The notes under the pieces were generated by a model. It was not told where the DNA came from. It saw nothing but the letters and a program-made list of their open reading frames with translations, and did no database searches. A DNA stretch of 64,000 bases from positions 7,573-71,572 of the IMG/VR virus record IMGVR_UViG_3300010373_000042; one strand, 5' to 3'. The DNA is from a virus. A program made the position numbers and the translations under genes. This document shows positions 8,908-17,522 of this stretch, one piece after another. Each line of letters begins with the position of its first letter. Position 1 is the first letter of the stretch.

Positions 8908-9989
8908 TGACAATTTTGACGCCGAACTATGCCGACCAGCACAAATCCAACGGCGCCGCCGGTCCCGTGCACGTCGTGGCGGCACACGAGCCGACGCGCG
9001 AGGGCGAGATGCATGTGCAGCAAATGCTGGCTGACAATCTCGCCCTTCAATCCAAGCCCGTGGTGGCAGTACAGCAGCCGCTTAAGGTCGCCCTGATCGG
9101 GACCGCGCCGTCCTCGCGCATGCTGGCGCCGTTCAACGATCCCACCTGGAAAATCTGGGCCTGCTCGCCCGGCAACATGAACACGCTGCCGCGGGTCGAC
9201 CTCTGGTTCGAGCTGCATTCCAATTTGCTCTGGCCCGAACACGAGAGTTACGGCCGCCCCTACATCGAATGGCTCAAGCAGCAGGCCTTTCCGGTCTACA
9301 TGCAGGACCAGACCCAGGTGCCGCGCGCCACCGTGTTTCCGAAGGATGAAATGGTTGCGGAATACGGCGACGATTTTTTCACCTCGAGCTTTGCCTGGAT
9401 GATGGCGCTGGCGATCAAGCAGGGTGCCACCGAGATCGCACTATACGGCATCGATATGGCGAGCCGCGACGAGTACATCCGCCAGCGACCGGGCTTTTTC
9501 TTCTTCCGGCACATAGCCCGGCAACGCGGCATCAAGGTTTCCGCGCCGCATGAATCCGACATCATGCAGTCGCCGGCGCTGTACGCCTATGTCGATTCCA
9601 CGCCGTTCGGCCGCAAGATCATGGCGCGCCGACAGGAAGTGCAGGGCCGCATCAACGGCATGAGCGGCGAGCGCGATCGGCTCAACAACTCGATCACCTA
9701 TCTGCAAGGCGCCATGGAGGATCTGGACTATGTGGAGAGCATATGGTCCGGCGTTTCCAATGATGTCGGCCGATTGCAGTACGAAAACACCCAGCTCCGC
9801 GCCGAGGTCGAAAGATTGAAGTCGCTCCCGCCCCGCATCGAGTTTGCGCCCATGGCCTATCAGCATCCGGCGACAATTCAGCAGCCGGTTGTGATCGAAC
9901 GATCCTCCCCCGAGCAGATCAAGGAATTCGTCGCAGAAGTCGCGGCGATGCCAACGAGCAAGAAATCCCGCAACCGAAAACCCGCCTGA
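8907..9989 (+). CDS. CstII/Maf-like (GT42-type) nonulosonate glycosyltransferase
   Basis: VALIGTAPS...KIWACS...TSSFAWMMALAIKQGATEIALYGIDM parallels CstII VIIAGNGPS...VFRCN...TSGVYMCAVAIALGYKEIYLSGIDF; C-terminal coiled coil. Confidence 0.65.
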   Translation: MTILTPNYADQHKSNGAAGPVHVVAAHEPTREGEMHVQQMLADNLALQSKPVVAVQQPLKVALIGTAPSSRMLAPFNDPTWKIWACSPGNMNTLPRVDLWFELHSNLLWPEHESYGRPYIEWLKQQAFPVYMQDQTQVPRATVFPKDEMVAEYGDDFFTSSFAWMMALAIKQGATEIALYGIDMASRDEYIRQRPGFFFFRHIARQRGIKVSAPHESDIMQSPALYAYVDSTPFGRKIMARRQEVQGRINGMSGERDRLNNSITYLQGAMEDLDYVESIWSGVSNDVGRLQYENTQLRAEVERLKSLPPRIEFAPMAYQHPATIQQPVVIERSSPEQIKEFVAEVAAMPTSKKSRNRKPA

Positions 9990-10001
9990 CGGAGAGCCAC
10001 G

Positions 10002-10547
10002 ATGGCCAATTTCACCCTGACCAACTCGACCGGAATCGGCGGGGGCAACACCCAGCAGGCGATGAGCACGACGTACAAATCGCTGATCGTGGCGGGTAAT
10101 TCGTCTGCGACCACGGCGTCATTCGGCGCCGGTGGCTATCGCCGCGGCAAGCTCGGCGATATCCTCATCGGAACCAATGGCGTTCCGGCCGACAACTACA
10201 TGCAGTTCGACGTCGTATCGGTGACGCTCGGCACCACGCCGGCCGGCATCTCGGGCACCCTGGTCTCCAACCTGTCCTCGAATTTCACCAACGATCCGGC
10301 CGACACCACCGTGGTCGCTGCCCTGCAGATCAATTCCACCGGGGAGGCCGGAATCACCGCGCTCACGGAAAAATGGCTGATCGGCCTGAACCAGCGGGCC
10401 AGTTATCGCTGGGTCGCCGCGCCCGGTCAGGAATTGCTGTACCCCGCCAACTCGTCGGCGACCGGAAATAACGGCCTGGATCTCCGCTGCCTGTCCGGCG
10501 GCTACACCGGCACCGCGACGGCAACGGTCATCATCCAGGAGCAGTGA
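10002..10547 (+). CDS. Ser/Thr-rich putative virion protein
   Basis: GGAG RBS; composition and position in tail module. Confidence 0.6.
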   Translation: MANFTLTNSTGIGGGNTQQAMSTTYKSLIVAGNSSATTASFGAGGYRRGKLGDILIGTNGVPADNYMQFDVVSVTLGTTPAGISGTLVSNLSSNFTNDPADTTVVAALQINSTGEAGITALTEKWLIGLNQRASYRWVAAPGQELLYPANSSATGNNGLDLRCLSGGYTGTATATVIIQEQ

Positions 10548-10550
10548 AAA

Positions 10551-10847
10551 TTGCGAAATCCCGGCGGATACGCGACCATTTTTTCTCCCGTCGCTACCCG
10601 GGTCAATTTTGACGGGCTTCGCGTCGAGCAGATCGGAGTCGGGACGCTTGAGATCGATTCCTTCACCTGCTGTCATTGCAATCGCGTCGTCCACGTGCAG
10701 GCCAAGTCGCGGGGTGACGAGTATTTCTGCCGCAACTGCATGGCGCGCATCTGTCCACCCTGCGCCGATCATCCCTGCATTCCCTTCATGAAGAAGGTGG
10801 AGGCGCAGGAGGAAAAAGACCGCCGGCTGCGCTGCTATGCGGTCTGA
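10551..10847 (+). CDS. Cys-rich zinc-finger protein
   Basis: CCHC...CRNC...CPPC...C pattern. Confidence 0.6.
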   Translation: MRNPGGYATIFSPVATRVNFDGLRVEQIGVGTLEIDSFTCCHCNRVVHVQAKSRGDEYFCRNCMARICPPCADHPCIPFMKKVEAQEEKDRRLRCYAV

Positions 10848-10863
10848 GCCGTAGGGCAATCCC

Positions 10864-12282
10864 ATGCCCAGAACTGTCATATTCCTGACGGCGACAGGAG
10901 CGGGATCGTGGACCGTTCCTTCGGACTGGAACAGCGCCAACAATTTCATCGACACGATCGGCGGCGGAGCGAGCGGCGGCGCGCAAAACGTGGCGGCCGG
11001 CTCGGCGACGGGCGGCGGCGGTGGCGCATGGTCACGCAAGAACAATCTTGCATTAGCTCCGGGAGCCTCGATCAATTTCAGTATCGGCACCGGCGGCGCG
11101 CCGGCGTCCGGAATCAGTACGAACAACGGCAGTCCGGGCGGGGATACATGGTTCAACGGACTGACGTTCGGAGCCGCGTCGGTCGGAGCCAGGGGTGGCT
11201 CCGCTGGCGCCGCCGGGACCGGTTCGGGGGCGATAGCCGGCGGTGCCGGCGGTGCGGCCGCATCCGGCATCGGAGACTCCACGAACAGCGGCGGTGCCGG
11301 CGGTACTATCACGACTGGCGAAGGGTCCGCCACGGGAGGTGGCGGCGCCGCCGGCCTGAACGGCAACGGAAATACCGGAGCCACCGTTTCCGCAGGCAAT
11401 TCTTCCGGTAATGGCGGCAGCGGCGATGCCGGATTCGGCGGAGCCGCCAATGGCGGCAACGGAACCGAGTATAATTCGAGCCATGGATCGGGCGGCGGAG
11501 GAAGCGGAAGTTCAAACGGTGGCTCCGCAGGGGCGGGGCAGGCCGGCGGGTCTTACGGCGCTGGCGGCGGCGCCGGCGTCGGAAACGCGACCAATACCAG
11601 CGGCGCGGGATTTCAGGGCCTCATCGTCATCAGCTACGACGCTCTCACCGCTGCATCGTGGTTCATGCCGTTCTCGGAGCCGGTTCGGCAAAAAAGAGGA
11701 CTTGGCACGCATCTGCAGGACGCCTTCGCGGCGCCGGCGCCAAATCCGATTGTCCCGTTTGCGTGGTATGCGCCGTTTTCCGATCCTGTCCGGCAGCGGC
11801 CCGGAACGCACGCAGCGCGGCAACAGTTCTTTGCCGGCGACAAGCAGGTAATTCCGAAATCCCTGATGGTCTCGTGGTTCGAGGCTCTGAGCGAACCTGT
11901 GCGCCACAAGCCGGCATTGCCATCGGCCCTCCAGCCGTTCCTGTCCTACCAGCCCAACCCGACCACAGTGACGCCCTTCGCCTGGTTCGCCGGTCTTTCG
12001 GAGCCGGTACGGTTGAAGCAGGGCCTGAAAGCCATGCTGCAGCAATTCCTCGCCGCGCCATCGCAATTGCGCCCGAACCCGACCACGACGGGGGTACTCA
12101 ATGCCGTCGAGATCAAGGATACCTTCCTCGCCGGTGTGAGCATCTGGAATCAGGTCGAGACCGCCGAAATTGGCACGATAGAATCCAAATCTCTGACCGC
12201 AGAGATCGGTGCGGGAATAACGACCGTCGCCAGCGCCCGGATTTCCATCTACGTCATAATTGACGGGCAGTTCACTTCTTGA
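10864..12282 (+). CDS. glycine-rich tail-fibre-like protein with C-terminal repeats
   Basis: FLTATGAGSWTVPSDW...GGGAS start, Gly-rich body, four W(F/Y)xxxS(E/D)PVR repeats. Confidence 0.65.
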   Translation: MPRTVIFLTATGAGSWTVPSDWNSANNFIDTIGGGASGGAQNVAAGSATGGGGGAWSRKNNLALAPGASINFSIGTGGAPASGISTNNGSPGGDTWFNGLTFGAASVGARGGSAGAAGTGSGAIAGGAGGAAASGIGDSTNSGGAGGTITTGEGSATGGGGAAGLNGNGNTGATVSAGNSSGNGGSGDAGFGGAANGGNGTEYNSSHGSGGGGSGSSNGGSAGAGQAGGSYGAGGGAGVGNATNTSGAGFQGLIVISYDALTAASWFMPFSEPVRQKRGLGTHLQDAFAAPAPNPIVPFAWYAPFSDPVRQRPGTHAARQQFFAGDKQVIPKSLMVSWFEALSEPVRHKPALPSALQPFLSYQPNPTTVTPFAWFAGLSEPVRLKQGLKAMLQQFLAAPSQLRPNPTTTGVLNAVEIKDTFLAGVSIWNQVETAEIGTIESKSLTAEIGAGITTVASARISIYVIIDGQFTS

Positions 12283-12306
12283 CGAAAACGGGCTATACCG
12301 CTCGGC

Positions 12307-12591
12307 ATGCCCATTAACGCGACCCTTGGCAGCACGATTGGCTTCTCGGTGGTGTTCTTCGACACCACCGGCGCTGTCACCGTGCCGAGTTCGGCGACGT
12401 TGACCGTCACCTATCCGCCGTCTTCCAACAGTCTCACCACGCTGTCCTGCGCGATCGGGATGTCGCCGTCCGGCAGCTTCTTCACCGCGACGTGGGGATC
12501 CGGCGTCGCCGCGCTCGGCATTTCCACCGTTTCCGTCAATGCGCCGGGGCAGGCAAGCCCGACCACGGGAACGCTGAGGCTGGTGTCATGA
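12307..12591 (+). CDS. small Ser/Thr-rich virion protein
   Basis: Beta-rich S/T composition; TTCACT-17-TATACC just upstream. Confidence 0.55.
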   Translation: MPINATLGSTIGFSVVFFDTTGAVTVPSSATLTVTYPPSSNSLTTLSCAIGMSPSGSFFTATWGSGVAALGISTVSVNAPGQASPTTGTLRLVS

Positions 12592-12911
12592 GTGGCGACT
12601 GGACAAAAAAATGTATCGTTTATCAGGCGCTCAATATCAAGAACGGTAAGCGCTACATCGGTGCCACGATCAAAGGACTGCATGCGCGAAAGATGCGTCA
12701 CTTTAACTGCGCCCGACTCGGGCATCCAGGAAAATTCTACACTGCTATTCGGTCTCACGGACCAGATGCGTTCGTCTTTACCGAGATGATGGAATGCCGC
12801 GATTTTTTCCACGCGCTCGAAGAAGAGGAGAGGCTGATCGCCGAGCTCAAGCCGGAATACAACGTCACCGCTGGCGGTGGTGGCGTGAAGGGACACTCAC
12901 CGTCGCCGGAG
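12588..12911 (+). pseudogene. GIY-YIG homing endonuclease, N-terminal part (IS-interrupted)
   Basis: IVYQALNIKNGKRYIG...PEYN; interrupted by the IS at 12912. Confidence 0.85.
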
Positions 12912-12950
12912 GGCGATTATCCGGGACTTGACTTTCGAGGAATTGGATAC

Positions 12951-13865
12951 TCAGTACGACGTGACGCGCAGGTAATTTTCAGAAAGTATCGCCAAGAGCC
13001 TGCGCTTTTCCATTTCTTTGGGCCAATCAATGGCGGCCAGGTCGATCCATCCCTCCCCCATGAAGCCCTCCTTCTTCCCCGTCAGCGTGAAGGGGAAATG
13101 CACCTTCCTATCGCAGGTAAGGGCATCGTCAGCGAAAACATTACGCGCCTTAAGAAGAGCCCGGCCACCGCCCGACAGACCATAAACTGGTTCAAAAACG
13201 GATATCGGCGGCGGCGGCGGATCGGGCGGCATCTTGATCGCACCAGCATCTATCCACTGGTCAGAGCCCCGGTCCCACTGTGCCACGGTAGAAGCGAATG
13301 GCCATCTAAGGCCAAATGTATTGGTGCGACCTCCAACCCATACGCATATTTTCAAAACGGTCAGCGGCGGCCGAAATGGGGTTGGCGGGGGAGCCATCAC
13401 AAACATTTCAAATCGAATGGTTCCCATCTCTTTGTCATACGTGACGAGTCGCGATGTATCGCAGCTAAAGGGCAGCGGCGACTTTCGTGCCTCGATCAAA
13501 TATCTTTCGTCGCTAGTGAATGCAAAATCCCTGAAGAGAATCTTTTTCCGGTCCGCATCTTCCATGTAAAGCAGATCAACACCGCAGACCAATTCGGTAT
13601 CTTTCATATCGAAAAGGCTCTTATTTTTGATCGTAAACCCTGTGGCGAGGGACAACGATGAAAAAGAAGAGTCGCGGTGTTGTATTTCGGGCGCTACTGG
13701 CCAAGGGACGCCAAAGAGATCGGCAACCGCCGTTATTATCCCAAGAAATAGGCCAACAACTCCAACCACCGCCCAAAAAGCAACCGTCCATGGGTGATGT
13801 CGCATCACTTGGAGCCATGACTGGGATAATTGCGGGCCTGATTCTAGTGCTGATTTATCTGACAC
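12951..13865 (-). CDS. IS passenger: hypothetical membrane-anchored protein
   Basis: 304-aa ORF inside the IS, N-terminal TM helix, lower GC. Confidence 0.65.
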   Translation of the reverse strand: MSDKSALESGPQLSQSWLQVMRHHPWTVAFWAVVGVVGLFLGIITAVADLFGVPWPVAPEIQHRDSSFSSLSLATGFTIKNKSLFDMKDTELVCGVDLLYMEDADRKKILFRDFAFTSDERYLIEARKSPLPFSCDTSRLVTYDKEMGTIRFEMFVMAPPPTPFRPPLTVLKICVWVGGRTNTFGLRWPFASTVAQWDRGSDQWIDAGAIKMPPDPPPPPISVFEPVYGLSGGGRALLKARNVFADDALTCDRKVHFPFTLTGKKEGFMGEGWIDLAAIDWPKEMEKRRLLAILSENYLRVTSY

Positions 13866-13953
13866 TGGGTTTCTACTTATGAACCGCCCTATATTTCTTC
13901 CGCGACTGTCCTTGGCTGAGAACGCCTCCGTTTTCTGCGGTTTTTTTGGCGCC

Positions 13954-14847
13954 TCAGCACCGCGCTATCGCGGCATCGAAGATGTCAGCGTTGGTCCGGT
14001 TATTATAACGGAACTGAAATTCCGCGACGTACAGCGGCAGATACTTGCGGCTGACCTTGTGGAAGCTGCCCATGATGCCGCGCTTCAACAGCGACCAGAA
14101 GCTATCAATCGTTTGGGTGTGAACGACACCATCCACGTATTGTTTCTTGGAATGGCTTACGAAGCGGTGCGGGAAATCCGTTTTCAGATGCCGATAGCCG
14201 GAGTGTTCGTCGGTGACCAGCAATCCAACATCATGCGCGACGGCTTGGCGAACGAAACCATCCAAGGTCGCGGTATCGGTATTGTTGATGACGCGGGCGA
14301 TCACGTTGCCCTTGCGCTTGACTGCGCCGACCACGATGAACTTTCCAGCAACGCCAGTGCCGGGCTGCTTCTTGTCCCAATGGCGGTTGCGGTTGCTGCC
14401 GCCGACATAAGTTTTATCGACTTCGACGATGCCACCCAGCTTGACTTCTGGCTCGACCAGTGCGGCGCGGATTTTGTGGCACATAGAATGGGCGGTGCCG
14501 TAGCTGCCGAAGCCCATCATGCGCTGAATTTGCAGCGCGCTGATGCCTTTCTTGCTGGTCAGCATCAGGTGGACGACCTTGAACCACTCCCGGAGTGGCT
14601 TGTTCGTGTTCTCGAAGATAGTCCCGGCAATATGCGAGAAGCGATAGGAGGTCGCGGGAGCGCATTTGTAGCACTGCCAATGGAACGGCTTGCCGGTCAG
14701 CGCGGACGCATCAGCGCCGCAGCGTGGGCATTTGACGCCATCGGGCCAGCGGCGCGCGACCAAGTAAGCCTTGCAAGCTTCCTCATCTGGGAAGGTCGCT
14801 TCGAACTGTGCGACGGTCATTTGCTGGACGGGTTTCGGGCGGCGCAT
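13954..14847 (-). CDS. IS1595 (ISXO2-like) DDE transposase
   Basis: RWPDGVKCPRC zinc ribbon, GTIFE, VEVD, TDE..Y, HTQTIDSFWSLLKR. Confidence 0.95.
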   Translation of the reverse strand: MRRPKPVQQMTVAQFEATFPDEEACKAYLVARRWPDGVKCPRCGADASALTGKPFHWQCYKCAPATSYRFSHIAGTIFENTNKPLREWFKVVHLMLTSKKGISALQIQRMMGFGSYGTAHSMCHKIRAALVEPEVKLGGIVEVDKTYVGGSNRNRHWDKKQPGTGVAGKFIVVGAVKRKGNVIARVINNTDTATLDGFVRQAVAHDVGLLVTDEHSGYRHLKTDFPHRFVSHSKKQYVDGVVHTQTIDSFWSLLKRGIMGSFHKVSRKYLPLYVAEFQFRYNNRTNADIFDAAIARC

Positions 14848-14924
14848 GGCTATTCCCCTCAGTGTGAAAGGAATATAGCGTGACCCAAACTAAAAGTCAA
14901 GTCCCGGATAATCGCCCGCCGGAG

Positions 14925-15266
14925 ACGCGCGCCAAGATGTCAGCTTCGGCAAAGAAACGCTGGGGCGTCTTACGAACCGCTGAGGAGGAAGAGGCGATAC
15001 GCCAGTACAAATTCAGCCGCCTGCAGCGAAAAGGAAAGAAAATAACCGATCCAGATTTGCTGGAAATGCGTCGCTCAATCATTCGATCCGCTCTCGATAA
15101 GGTCAAAAGGCCTGTCAGATGCATTAGCGATGATCAAGCGTTCGAATCCGCCGCGGCCGCAGCCCGACACTATGGCGTTTCGACCGCAAGCATCGTGCTC
15201 TACTGCCAGAAGAAGGCAAACTCCAAGCGCGGTCTGATTTTTGAATACGAGGCGAGGGCCGCATGA
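14925..15266 (+). pseudogene. GIY-YIG endonuclease, C-terminal NUMOD3/NUMOD1-like part
   Basis: TRAKMSASAK...RPVRCISDDQAFESAAAAARHYG; joins 12588-12911 in frame when the IS and one TSD are removed. Confidence 0.85.
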
Positions 15267-15976
15267 GTATCTTCAATCCCGTTGTCCAGACTAGCGGCAC
15301 ATTCAACTTCTCACCTTCCGGAGGAGACTTCATCCTGAATGCCTTTGACCGAATACAGATTCGGCCGACTGAGATTCAGCAGACTCAAATGCAGCGGGCG
15401 GTGATGGAATTGAATCTTGCTTTAGCAAGGTTTAACACGATGCCCGGACAGAACCAATTTACTATCCAGCAGGCGTCGATCCCGCTCGTGCAAGGCGTCG
15501 CCACCTATTCGCTGCCGGCCGAAACGCGGATGATCTTCTCGTGTTTCATCCGCTATTCGACGAATCCGGTGCTGGACCGCTATATGTTTCCGATCAGCCG
15601 CGACGAATTTGCGGCGATCTCGACCAAGACGACGCAGGGTTTTCCGTCACAGTATTTTCTCGACCGGCAGATCGCGCCGACCATCACATTCTATCTGACG
15701 CCTGATGGCGCGTATCCCTATGATTTCTATTACTACGCCGCGAACCAGATTCAGGATGCGAACGTAACCAACGGGCAAAGCCTGCAACTGCCGGTCCGCT
15801 TCTTCGACCCCATTACCGCCGACCTCTCGCACCGCCTCGCCCGCATCTACAAGCCCGAACTAGAGCAGATCAGGAGAATGGACCGCGACGAGGCGTGGGC
15901 CATCGCAGCGAGCGACGATACCGAATGGGTTCCGCTCTATGTGACTCCCTCATTGTCGGGGTACTGGCGCCGATGA
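15263..15976 (+). CDS. head-tail adaptor/tail tubular-type protein
   Basis: IPLVQGVATYSLP...ISRDEF...QGFPSQYFLDRQ..P.I.FYLTPD typical of podovirus adaptors. Confidence 0.7.
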   Translation: MSIFNPVVQTSGTFNFSPSGGDFILNAFDRIQIRPTEIQQTQMQRAVMELNLALARFNTMPGQNQFTIQQASIPLVQGVATYSLPAETRMIFSCFIRYSTNPVLDRYMFPISRDEFAAISTKTTQGFPSQYFLDRQIAPTITFYLTPDGAYPYDFYYYAANQIQDANVTNGQSLQLPVRFFDPITADLSHRLARIYKPELEQIRRMDRDEAWAIAASDDTEWVPLYVTPSLSGYWRR

Positions 15977-16782
15977 GACCGCATGGACGAGCCAGAATCA
16001 GCGCGCGCTCACCCGAAGCGCTAGGCGTATGCCAGCGTTGCGGCTTCATGTACAATTTGGTCGACCTGCAATGGCAATGGGATTGGCAGCAAGGTCCGCG
16101 ACTGTTCAACCTTCGCATTCAGGTGTGCAGGCCGTGCCTCGATGAGCCGCAGGAAAGCGGCCGCACCATCGTACTGCCGCCCGATCCGGTTCCAAAGCAG
16201 TACCCGCTACCGGAAAATTACGTCAACGCTGACAATCCGCTGTCAGCGCTCGGCTACAATCCGGCCAACAACTTTTTGCCACAGCCGCCGCAATCGCTTG
16301 GCGGCAATATCGGCAACATGACGTTGAACGGCGGAATAGATGCGGCGTTCGACGGCACGGCCAACAAGCGGCGCGAGATGTGCGCAGCACTGGTGGTGTC
16401 CAATTCGAGCTACCAGAACACGGTCGGCAAGAACTGGAATGCCGATCCGTCCGGCACGTCGCTGACTCTTCCGTCGACGACGGCGCCCGAGACCCATGTC
16501 GTGTCTTCGTTCACGATCACCGCGCCGAACGATGCGCCTTTCCTCAATGCGCCGATGCCCGCGACCGGTTTCTTTCTCAACGGCAGCAACAACGGCGCGA
16601 CATGGACCACGTTGTTCTCCGGCACCACGGCGGGCACCGTCGGCGAGAGCATCACCGCGAACACGACGTCCGGCGCTTTCTTCCAGTTTCACCAGATCGC
16701 GATTCAGGGTGACGGGGTATCGCAGGTCGCGATCGCGCAAGCCGTGTTCAACGTCTCCGACGCCGCAGCGAATGATATCTGA
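15973..16782 (+). CDS. virion-associated protein with Cys motifs and discoidin-like C-terminus
   Basis: CQRCGF...VCRPCLD then AAFDG...GSNNGATWTTL. Confidence 0.6.
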   Translation: MRPHGRARISARSPEALGVCQRCGFMYNLVDLQWQWDWQQGPRLFNLRIQVCRPCLDEPQESGRTIVLPPDPVPKQYPLPENYVNADNPLSALGYNPANNFLPQPPQSLGGNIGNMTLNGGIDAAFDGTANKRREMCAALVVSNSSYQNTVGKNWNADPSGTSLTLPSTTAPETHVVSSFTITAPNDAPFLNAPMPATGFFLNGSNNGATWTTLFSGTTAGTVGESITANTTSGAFFQFHQIAIQGDGVSQVAIAQAVFNVSDAAANDI

Positions 16783-16784
16783 CC

Positions 16785-17519
16785 ATGAGCATCACCTATT
16801 CCAGCTTCGTTTCCGAAATCGCCACCATCACCGCGATCACGTCGTCGGTATTGGTCAACGGCGACAACAATTTTCAGGGACCGATGCCGTTCATCATCGA
16901 TCAGGCCGAGGGCATGCTTTACCGAGACCTCGACCTGCCTGCGGTGCGCGTTACCGATACGTCGGTGACCTGTTCGTCGGGTGTGCGATCGATCGCATTG
17001 TCGACGACGCAGGGCACACTGCTGGTCGTGCAGACGATCAACCTGTTTTCGTCGGCCGGAACGACCTCGTCGAACGGAACGCGGGTACAACTGATTCCGG
17101 CCGCGCAAGCCGTGGTGGATGCGATCTATCCGTCGGCCGCTTCATCTAACTGCGGATTGCCGGAAGTATTCGCCCGCATCACCGATACCGAGATCATCTT
17201 TGGACCGACGCCGGATCAGCCCTATGGCACGGAGGTCGTCGCAACCATCCGGCCAAACCCACTATCCGCCAGTAATTCCTCGACGTGGCTGACGCAGAAC
17301 CTGCCCGAATTGATGGTCGCCGCCGGAATGGTGGCGGCTGCGGGCTACATGCGCGACTACGGCAGCCGGTCCGACGACCCGCAACTGGCGGTGAGTTGGA
17401 AGTCGCAATACGACGCGCTGCTGAAATCGGCCAACATCGACAGCCTGCGCATGAAATTCCAGAGCCAGCAGTGGACCAGCGAAATCCCTTCTCCGATCGC
17501 AACGCCGCCGAGGGCATGA
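16785..17519 (+). CDS. putative adaptor/connector protein
   Basis: FIIDQAE..LYRDL...FGPTPDQPY...LSASNSSTWL..N.PEL. Confidence 0.65.
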   Translation: MSITYSSFVSEIATITAITSSVLVNGDNNFQGPMPFIIDQAEGMLYRDLDLPAVRVTDTSVTCSSGVRSIALSTTQGTLLVVQTINLFSSAGTTSSNGTRVQLIPAAQAVVDAIYPSAASSNCGLPEVFARITDTEIIFGPTPDQPYGTEVVATIRPNPLSASNSSTWLTQNLPELMVAAGMVAAAGYMRDYGSRSDDPQLAVSWKSQYDALLKSANIDSLRMKFQSQQWTSEIPSPIATPPRA

Positions 17520-17522
17520 GCC

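Larger units (their letters stand above)
12912..14916 (-). mobile_element. IS1595-family insertion sequence with passenger gene
   Basis: Perfect 24-bp terminal inverted repeats GGCGATTATCCGGGACTTGACTTT (12912-12935 and 14893-14916); 8-bp target duplication CGCCGGAG (12904-12911, 14917-14924). Confidence 0.95.

Noticed and set aside
12912-13661. Long C-terminal extension of the GIY-YIG ORF (track ORF 12492-13661)
   Set aside because: Read-through into the IS, antisense to the passenger gene
13879-14883. 334-aa + strand ORF
   Set aside because: Antisense shadow of the IS1595 transposase
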